Assembly: GCA_964484775.1 (NCBI GenBank)
Contig: CAZAGK010000005.1
Coordinates: forward strand, 7,396 to 71,395
Source of the DNA: an uncultured Gemmatimonas sp.
GTDB lineage: Bacteria > Gemmatimonadota > Gemmatimonadetes > Gemmatimonadales > Gemmatimonadaceae
DNA length: 64,000 bases
Direction: 5' to 3'
Part shown: one piece after another, positions 57,680-64,000 of the stretch
How the letters are laid out: each line of letters opens with the position of its first letter
Numbering within the stretch: the stretch's first letter is position 1
Notes under the pieces: generated by a model
Databases searched by the model: none
Told to the model about the DNA's origin: nothing
Seen by the model: the letters and a program-made list of their open reading frames with translations, nothing else
Translations under genes and position numbers: made by a program

Positions 57680-59373
57680 GCGAACAGAAGATCTGCCCAA
57701 CCTGCGGGACCGAATATCCTCTGTCCGAGCGCTTCTGTCCGCGCGACGGGACGGCGCTCCGCGCCACCGGCGGCGAGCAGGGGGATCTGCTCGGCACGGT
57801 CGTGGCCGGCACTTTCCACATCATCAAGAAGCTCGGCGAAGGCGGCATGGGTCAGGTGTACCTCGCCGAGCACGTGAAGATGGGGCGCAAGGCGGCGCTG
57901 AAGGTGATGAACCCCGGGATGAACCAGGATCCTGACGCCATCGCGCGTTTCAACCGCGAGGCTGCCAACGCGAGCCGCCTGAACCATCCGAACGTCTGCG
58001 CCGTGTACGATTTCGGCGAGACGCCGGACGGGCTCATCTACCTCGCGATGGAGTTCGTCGAGGGGCAGTCGCTCACCGCGCTGATCGAGAAGACGGGGTC
58101 GCTCCCGGCGCCGCGCGCGGCCTCGATCATCCACCAGGCCGCCGACGCGCTCGGCGTGGCGCACGACTACGGCATCGTGCATCGCGACATCAAGCCCGAC
58201 AACATCATGATCGCCAAGGGGCGCGACGGCTCCGATCTGGTGAAGGTCGTGGACTTCGGCATCGCGAAGGCGAGTTCGAGCGACGCGCAGAAGGTCACCA
58301 AGACCGGGCTCGTCGTCGGCACGCCGGAGTACATGAGCCCCGAGCAGCTCGCGGGCGACGTGCTCGACGGACGCAGCGACATCTACTCGCTCGGCCTCGT
58401 CGCCTTCAACTGTCTCACGGGAACGCTCCCCTTCCCCAGCAAGTCGGCGCAGGAAGCAATGATCATGCGCCTCACCGACAAGCCGAAGACGCTCGCCGAG
58501 ATGAAGCCCGAGGTCTCGTGGCCGGCCGAGCTGCAGACCGTGCTCGACAAGGCGCTCGCGCGCGATGCGAGCGATCGCTACCAGAACGCCCCGGAGTTCG
58601 GCCGCGACATCTCGCGCGCCACGGAGCGGATGCCGGCCACCGTCGTGGCCGATATGGGAACGATGGTCATCGGCGCGCAGGCTGCGGCCGGTGCCGCGAT
58701 GCCGGCCACGCGCGTGGCTTCGCCCGCCGAGAACAAGATGGCGTCCGCACCCGCGGCCGGCGCGACGCCGACGGCTCCGGCGAAGAGCGGGATGAGTCCC
58801 GCGCTGATCGGAGGCGGTGTGGTGCTCGTGGGCGCGATCGCATTCGCGGCCATGAAGTTCAGCGGCGGCGGCGCCAAGACCGATGCCACGACGCCCCCGG
58901 TTGCGGCGGAGTCCACGGCGGTCGCGAACGGCGCGGGAGCGCAGCCGGGCAACACCCAGCCAGCCGGTGGATCCAAGCAGACGCCGACGACCCCCGGGAC
59001 GAAGCTCTCCAAGGGCCTGCCGGACAAGCCTGGCACGAAGAACGACGGCGGCTCCAAGGGGACGACGATCGTCGATCCGCCCGTGACGAAGCCGACGGTG
59101 AGCAACGCTTCTCCCGAAGCCTTGTTCGATCGCGTCTACGACAAGGGTGCCAAGGAATCCGACGCCCGTGCGGTATTGGCGACGATCAACGCCAGCTACC
59201 TCGAAGGGCTGAAGGGGGGACCGCTCTCGACCGCGTACGCGGCGCAGGCGCTCTCCTACCTGCTGTTGGGTCGCGAGGCCGACGCGTGCACCGCGGCCAA
59301 GCGCGCGCAGGCCGCCGGCACGACCTCGAAGACCAAGAACTCGATCGAGCAGATCGCCGGCGCGTGCTCGTGA
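57676..59373 (+). CDS. Hanks-type Ser/Thr protein kinase: N-terminal zinc ribbon, one TM helix, extracytoplasmic C-terminal domain
   Basis: GTG 57676 overlaps the FHA stop (GTGA). CPTCGTEYPLSERFCPRDG. G-loop LGEGGMGQV, AALKV, HRDIKPDN, VDFGIAK, GTPEYMSPE. TM helix ALIGGGVVLVGAIAFAAM. Confidence 0.9.
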   Translation: MSEQKICPTCGTEYPLSERFCPRDGTALRATGGEQGDLLGTVVAGTFHIIKKLGEGGMGQVYLAEHVKMGRKAALKVMNPGMNQDPDAIARFNREAANASRLNHPNVCAVYDFGETPDGLIYLAMEFVEGQSLTALIEKTGSLPAPRAASIIHQAADALGVAHDYGIVHRDIKPDNIMIAKGRDGSDLVKVVDFGIAKASSSDAQKVTKTGLVVGTPEYMSPEQLAGDVLDGRSDIYSLGLVAFNCLTGTLPFPSKSAQEAMIMRLTDKPKTLAEMKPEVSWPAELQTVLDKALARDASDRYQNAPEFGRDISRATERMPATVVADMGTMVIGAQAAAGAAMPATRVASPAENKMASAPAAGATPTAPAKSGMSPALIGGGVVLVGAIAFAAMKFSGGGAKTDATTPPVAAESTAVANGAGAQPGNTQPAGGSKQTPTTPGTKLSKGLPDKPGTKNDGGSKGTTIVDPPVTKPTVSNASPEALFDRVYDKGAKESDARAVLATINASYLEGLKGGPLSTAYAAQALSYLLLGREADACTAAKRAQAAGTTSKTKNSIEQIAGACS

Positions 59374-59500
59374 CGATCCGCGACCGTGACCTGCGTCACC
59401 GCCCCGCCCTCGGTCGGGGCACCATGGTTCCTTCCCCCGGAGTGACGTCGAGCCGCGGCATGCCCCGTCCCTTCTCCGGCCACCACCAGACGCTTCCCTC

Positions 59501-60661
59501 GTGACTGCGAACTCACCGAACGACGCACCGGTCCGCGTCCACGTCTTCGGCAAGACCGACGTGGGGCGCACCCGCGAGCACAACGAGGACGCGTTCATCG
59601 TCGCCGATCTGACGACCATGGACGCGACCCTCGGACCGCAGGTGCAGGAGCACGCCTTGGGGGATCGCGGGACCCTCTTCATGGTGGCCGACGGCATGGG
59701 CGGCGCCGCCGCTGGTGAGGTGGCCAGCGCGCTCGCCACACAGACCGTCCTGGGCGAGCTCGACTCCAAGTGGCGCAAGTCGGGCATCACCGATCCCGAG
59801 ACCTTCGCCGTGGCCATCAAGGCGGCGACCGAGGCCGCCAACGCCCGCATCCACAAGTACGCTGCCGAACATCCCGAGAACCGCGGGATGGGGACCACGG
59901 CCACCATCGCCGGGATCCTGGGCGACACGCTCTACCTCGCACAGGTCGGCGACAGCCGCGGCTACCTGATCCGCGACGGCGTCGCGCAGCAGATCACGAA
60001 GGACCAGTCGCTCATGCAGAAGCTGGTCGAAGCGGGAGAGCTCACCGCCGAAGAGGCCGAGGTGAGCGATCGCCGCAACATCATCCTGCAGGCGCTCGGG
60101 CCGGAGTCCGCCGTGAAGGTGGATCTCACGCATCAGCAGGTGCGACGCGGCGACGTGCTCGTGCTCTGCAGCGACGGACTCTCCGGACAGATGCGCACGC
60201 CGGACATCGCGCGCATCGTCACGGCGCGGCTCCCGGATCTCGAAGGGGCCTGCACCGACCTGATCGCGCTGGCGAATGAGAACGGCGGCCCCGACAACAT
60301 CACGGTGATCGTCGCGCAGTTCGATGGCGATGGTCTCGCGGAAGCGGATGCCGGCGAGAACGTCGGACATCGCGTGTACACCGGCGAGATGGATGCGCGG
60401 CCGACGATGCCGGTGACGGCCGCCTCGCTCCCGCCGGAGACGGAGGAGGAGCGCCGCGCCTCGGGCGGCTCCGTGCCGCCGTCGCCGATGCCGGTGACGC
60501 TCGAGACGCCCGCGGGCGGGCGCGCGGGTGCGCCCGCCCGAAGTGAGCCGTCGCCGAAGCCGCTCCCGGAGTCCCGGATCTCGGTCGGTGTGCTGCGCCT
60601 GTTCTTCGGCGTGATCGCCGTCGTCCTCCTGCTCTACATCTTCCTGCGGAGCCGCGCCTGA
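59501..60661 (+). CDS. PP2C-family Ser/Thr phosphatase with C-terminal TM anchor
   Basis: GKTDVGRTREHNEDAF, MVADGMGGAAAGEVAS, GMGTTATIA, VGDSRGYL, LCSDGLS, GGPDNITVIVAQF. C-terminal VGVLRLFFGVIAVVLLLYIF. Confidence 0.9.
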   Translation: MTANSPNDAPVRVHVFGKTDVGRTREHNEDAFIVADLTTMDATLGPQVQEHALGDRGTLFMVADGMGGAAAGEVASALATQTVLGELDSKWRKSGITDPETFAVAIKAATEAANARIHKYAAEHPENRGMGTTATIAGILGDTLYLAQVGDSRGYLIRDGVAQQITKDQSLMQKLVEAGELTAEEAEVSDRRNIILQALGPESAVKVDLTHQQVRRGDVLVLCSDGLSGQMRTPDIARIVTARLPDLEGACTDLIALANENGGPDNITVIVAQFDGDGLAEADAGENVGHRVYTGEMDARPTMPVTAASLPPETEEERRASGGSVPPSPMPVTLETPAGGRAGAPARSEPSPKPLPESRISVGVLRLFFGVIAVVLLLYIFLRSRA

Positions 60662-62085
60662 TGCGGGTGGAACTCCTGATCACTTCCGGCTCGAGAGCCG
60701 GACAGCAGGAAATGCTCGAGATGCCGCTCATCCGCATCGGACGGCATCCGTCGAACGATGTGCGATTCCACCCCGAACTCGACACCGACGTCTCGGGGAT
60801 GCACTGCGAGATCAAGGTGATCGGCGCCCGATTGATGCTGCACGACAGCGCGAGCACCAACGGCACCTTCGTGAACGGCGAGCGGGTCCGTGAGGACCGC
60901 CCCGTCTACGACGGCGACGTGATCTCGCTCGGCGCGAACGGTCCCAAGCTGGAACTCCGCGCGGCAGCGGCACGCCCGCCCGAGGCGACCCGCGTCGGAA
61001 GCAGCGGCGATGCCTTCAAGGCCGGGCAGCGCGGCGGCTCGGGGAGTGCGCCCTCCCCCTCGGGCGCGGGACGACTCGACACGCAGGCCCGCGTCGCGAT
61101 CGCCGTGAAGGAGCAGACGGGGACGCTCCGCAACATGGTCATCGGGCTCACCGTCGTCGTGGCACTCGTGGTCGTCGGCGTGGTGATCTACGGCAAGCAG
61201 AGTGGGGCCAAGGCCGAGCAGGAACTCAAGGCCGCGCTCGCGCGCAACGACTCGCTGAGCGCGCTCGTCGCCAAGACGGTCGGCGCGATGAAGGGGAAGG
61301 TGAGCGGGCTCGATTCCGCGCTCCTGCTCAGCAAGGCGGAGGGCGAGCGGCTGCGCAACGAACTCTCGAGCGGCGGCAAGAGCGCCGACATCGCACAGCG
61401 GCTGCTGGCCGCCGAGACGCGCCAGCGGAACATCGTCTCCGCGGCGCAGCTCGACTACGAGTCGATCGCCGCCAAGAGCTCCCCCGCAGTGGTCTTCCTC
61501 GCGGTGCAGCTGCCGAGCGGCAAGAAGGTCTCCGGCAGCGGCTTCAACGTGCTGCCGTCCGGCATGGTCATCACCAACAAGCATGTCGTGCAGGACGAGA
61601 GCGGCGGTGCGGCGGTGCGGATCGCGGTGCTCTTCGACAAGACCAAGGCGGCCTGGATGCCCGCGCACGTCGTGAAGGTGAGCGACTCCGACGATCTCGC
61701 GTGGATCAAGATCGACCGCGACGGTCCCTTCCCCACGGTCGCGGGCGTCTCACGCACACCGGACGTGCGAGTCGGGACCCCGGCGGCGATCATCGGCTAT
61801 CCGCTCGGCACCTCCACGGCGGGGATGGAGGGCGACATCTCCTCCCTGCTCGCCGTCTCGACGCTTGGCGTCGCCACGGTCAGCAAGGTGCTCGACAACG
61901 TGATCCAGTTCGATGCCTTCGCGGCCGAAGGATCGAGCGGGAGTCCGATCTTCGACTCGCGCGGCTACGTGATCGCCGTGCTGTACGGCGGTGCCGCCGA
62001 GAGCGGCGGGCGCATCATCTATGCAGTGCCGGCGCGGAAGTTGGCGGATCAGATGCCGGCGGAGGCGCAGGGGATCGTCCGCTGA
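60661..62085 (+). CDS. FHA domain - TM - coiled coil - trypsin-like (S1/Trypsin_2) serine protease fusion
   Basis: ATG 60661 overlaps the PP2C stop (TGATG). FHA: IRIGRHPSNDVRF..VSGMHCEI..LHDSASTNGTFVNG. TM helix MVIGLTVVVALVVVGVVIY. Triad contexts VITNKHVV (His), SDDLAWIKI (Asp), AAEGSSGSPIFD (Ser). Confidence 0.8.
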   Translation: MRVELLITSGSRAGQQEMLEMPLIRIGRHPSNDVRFHPELDTDVSGMHCEIKVIGARLMLHDSASTNGTFVNGERVREDRPVYDGDVISLGANGPKLELRAAAARPPEATRVGSSGDAFKAGQRGGSGSAPSPSGAGRLDTQARVAIAVKEQTGTLRNMVIGLTVVVALVVVGVVIYGKQSGAKAEQELKAALARNDSLSALVAKTVGAMKGKVSGLDSALLLSKAEGERLRNELSSGGKSADIAQRLLAAETRQRNIVSAAQLDYESIAAKSSPAVVFLAVQLPSGKKVSGSGFNVLPSGMVITNKHVVQDESGGAAVRIAVLFDKTKAAWMPAHVVKVSDSDDLAWIKIDRDGPFPTVAGVSRTPDVRVGTPAAIIGYPLGTSTAGMEGDISSLLAVSTLGVATVSKVLDNVIQFDAFAAEGSSGSPIFDSRGYVIAVLYGGAAESGGRIIYAVPARKLADQMPAEAQGIVR

Positions 62086-62105
62086 CCCGCATCGAGATGG
62101 TCGAG

Positions 62106-62136
62106 AGCCCCGGCGCGGCATCGCAGCGCCGGGGCT
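62106..62136. terminator. Bidirectional terminator hairpin between convergent genes
   Basis: AGCCCCGGCGC (62106-62116) pairs with GCGCCGGGGCT (62126-62136), with a 9-nt loop. It is followed by TCGTTC. Confidence 0.5.
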
Positions 62137-62140
62137 TCGT

Positions 62141-63628
62141 TCATCCGCGTGCGGATCGGTGGAGCAACCCTCGCGCGAGCGCGCGTGCGGCCGCGGCCTG
62201 CATCACCGGCGTCCCTTCCCACGCGCAGGCGATCCGAGGGGCGTCGGGGAGCGACGCCGCGTGGCGCGGGTGCCCGAAGAGCACCACGCAGGCGTCGCGC
62301 TTCTGCGCGGCGGCCACGGCGATGGCGCGTGATACGGCCGCGCGCGCGACCTCGGATGGCGCATCGTACCCCTTCCACGCGATCACGTCACAGTAGAGGG
62401 CGATCAGCACCGGGACACGGGTGTGTGCCGTGGGTTCCGATACCACAGGAGCGTCCATCTCCAGCGCGCGCAACGTGGACTCGAACATCCCGCGCTCGCG
62501 TGGGGGCCATGGCCCGGTGGAGTCCTCGTCGACCACGACGACCTCCACCGCCTGCCCCAACCGCGGGGCCTCGCCGCGGACCATGTGCACGGAGCGATCG
62601 GCGATCTGCCGCACCCACATCACGTCGTCGAGCGCCGTCTCGCGTGCCGTGGACGACGAGGCCCATCCGGCCCACCGCGCGCGTCGCTCGATGGCGCGCC
62701 GCACGAGCTCGCGGTCGAGCGCGCCATCGGTGATGGCTCGCGTGATGGCCTCCGCCGTCCCCTGCGGATCGGCGACACCGAGCAGGACATCGCACCCCGC
62801 GGCCAGCGCACTCACGCAGACCGCCGCCTCGCTCCCCAGCGCGAGCACGCTGCGCATGTCCACCGAGTCGCTGACGATCAGCCCCTCGAACTCCATCGAC
62901 TCGCGGAGCAACCGCGTGACGATCGGCGCCGAGAGCGTCGCCGGCAGGTCGCGCGAGTCGAGCGTCGGATAGCGCACATGCGAGACCATGATGCTCGCCA
63001 CACCGCCGTCGATCACCGCACGGAACGGAGCGAGATCGCTCTGCGCGATCAGCTCGGGTCGTTCGGCGACGATCGACGACTCGAGATGCGAATCCCCGCG
63101 CGCCCGACCATGTCCGGGGAAGTGCTTCGCGCACGCCATCACCCCCTCGGCCTGACAGGCGTCCACCCACTCGCCCGCGAAGGCCGCGACCGCCTCCGGA
63201 TCCGCACCCGGGGAACGCACGCTGATGACCGGCGATCCGGGGGGAAGGTCGAGATCGCAGACGGGACCGAGTGCCCAGTTCAGTCCGAGGGCCTTGAGTT
63301 CGCGCGCGGTGATGCGCGCCGCGCGACGTGCGATCCCCGAGGGATCGTGCCGGGCGAGCGCCCCGAGGGCGGCGAGCGGCGGAAGCTCGGTGCATCCCGA
63401 GAACTGCTCCCCTGCCCCACGCTCCGCGTCGGCCGCGAGCAACAGCGGTTCGCGCGAGGCGCCCTGCAGCGCCGCGGCGAGCGCGCCGACCTTCTGCCTG
63501 GGCCCGCCGCGAATGATGAAGCCCCCGACACCGACCTCGAGGGCGTCCTCGATGACGCCGCGCAGATACGCGAACCCGTTGGTCGCGTCCCACGGAAGCG
63601 CCGGGACGAGCAGCGACGCGACGTTCAC
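62141..63628 (-). CDS. nagZ: Glycoside hydrolase family 3 beta-N-acetylhexosaminidase with extra C-terminal domain
   Basis: GTG 63628 overlaps the anmK stop (GTGA). KHFPGHGRARGDSH. GLIVSDSVDM (nucleophile Asp context). The N-terminal 118 aa of the track ORF lies out of frame inside anmK and was discarded. Confidence 0.8.
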   Translation of the reverse strand: MNVASLLVPALPWDATNGFAYLRGVIEDALEVGVGGFIIRGGPRQKVGALAAALQGASREPLLLAADAERGAGEQFSGCTELPPLAALGALARHDPSGIARRAARITARELKALGLNWALGPVCDLDLPPGSPVISVRSPGADPEAVAAFAGEWVDACQAEGVMACAKHFPGHGRARGDSHLESSIVAERPELIAQSDLAPFRAVIDGGVASIMVSHVRYPTLDSRDLPATLSAPIVTRLLRESMEFEGLIVSDSVDMRSVLALGSEAAVCVSALAAGCDVLLGVADPQGTAEAITRAITDGALDRELVRRAIERRARWAGWASSSTARETALDDVMWVRQIADRSVHMVRGEAPRLGQAVEVVVVDEDSTGPWPPRERGMFESTLRALEMDAPVVSEPTAHTRVPVLIALYCDVIAWKGYDAPSEVARAAVSRAIAVAAAQKRDACVVLFGHPRHAASLPDAPRIACAWEGTPVMQAAAARALARGLLHRSARG

Positions 63629-64000
63629 GCCGGGGTGTAGCTGCCGAGCACGCGCGCGCCGCGGGCGCCGGTGGCCGACGGCACATTCCCCGGCTCTCGC
63701 TCCAGATGCAACAGTCCCAGCAAGGCGAAGGCCACCGCCTCCTTGGCCTCGCCATCGAAGAACAGATCGTCGAACGGGACCACCCGACGGGTGAGGAAGC
63801 CCGGCGCGGCCGGCACCTGCGCCAGAGCCCCCTCTATGGAGGCGACGAGCGCCGGGTTCCGCGCGCCGCCGCCGGAGAGCACGATCTCCGCGACCGGCTC
63901 CGGGATGAAGCGCGCGAAAGCCAGCGCGATGCTGCGTGCGGTCAGCGCCGTCGCCGTCGCGACGATGTCGGGGACGGAGCACTCGGCCCGCGCGTGCAGA
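63625..64000 (-). CDS. anmK: Anhydro-N-acetylmuramic acid kinase (C-terminal part; the gene runs off the right edge)
   Basis: Hand translation shows the frame is open to position 64000: ...ECSVPDIVATATALTARSIALAFARFIPEPVAEIVLSGGGARNPALVASI...FDGEAKEAVAFALLG...PSATGA. The GGGARN motif and the tail are typical of AnmK. Confidence 0.75.
   Translation of the reverse strand, partial: LHARAECSVPDIVATATALTARSIALAFARFIPEPVAEIVLSGGGARNPALVASIEGALAQVPAAPGFLTRRVVPFDDLFFDGEAKEAVAFALLGLLHLEREPGNVPSATGARGARVLGSYTPA

Noticed and set aside
56843-62085. The FHA/STK/PP2C set as part of a type VI secretion locus.
   Set aside because: No T6SS structural genes (TssB/C, Hcp, VgrG, TssM and so on) are present anywhere in the 64 kb. 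The flanking genes are cell-wall enzymes instead.

Overview
High-GC (about 70%) bacterial chromosomal segment, densely coding on both strands. I call about 41 CDS. I found no rRNA, tRNA, CRISPR array, transposase, integrase or phage genes. All family calls rest on motifs read from the supplied translations and on recalled family signatures; no BLAST or HMM search was possible. The family mix and composition suggest Gemmatimonadota or a related FCB/Acidobacteria-like lineage, but that is inference only.

Content by region:
- 1-26 kb: mostly exported hydrolases. These include a partial M20 peptidase, a beta-lactamase-family serine hydrolase, an S9 peptidase, a cyclophilin, two sortilin/BNR double-propeller paralogs, a Tat-signal Gfo/Idh/MocA oxidoreductase, a Tat-signal MBL hydrolase and a Tat-signal TldD with a signal-less PmbA partner.
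- 26-35.5 kb: a tightly coupled envelope module. It holds an ABC ATPase with a 'putative ABC exporter' permease, an RDD-SpoIIM fusion, DUF58, a MoxR AAA+ ATPase, DUF4350-like and DUF4129-like proteins and a polytopic protein.
- 332-2800 and 35768-38233: two paralogous membrane-fused spermidine-synthase-like genes.
- 39-51 kb: a large HEIGH zinc metalloprotease, a solute-binding lipoprotein translationally coupled to a Cache/HAMP/PAS histidine kinase, rsmD, and class II (B12) ribonucleotide reductase nrdJ behind an unusually AT-rich 546-nt leader.
- 49.5-56.7 kb: a minus-strand operon of Amidase_3, an HExxH + PD40 + Omp85-barrel fusion, a gamma-carbonic-anhydrase-family protein, a histidine kinase and a lipoprotein.
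- 56.8-62.1 kb: a zinc-ribbon double-FHA protein, a zinc-ribbon Ser/Thr kinase, a PP2C phosphatase and an FHA-TM-trypsin-like protease.
- 62.1-64 kb: nagZ and a partial anmK.

Most noteworthy observations:
1. Gly/Arg-rich low-complexity inserts recur inside at least five unrelated exported proteins. One is a 16+5 Gly run in PmbA.
2. The uncharacterised MoxR/DUF58/DUF4350/DUF4129/RDD-SpoIIM/ABC-exporter module.
3. The FHA-kinase-phosphatase-FHA-protease cassette, which sits between peptidoglycan enzymes.
4. The peptidase-propeller-Omp85 fusion protein.
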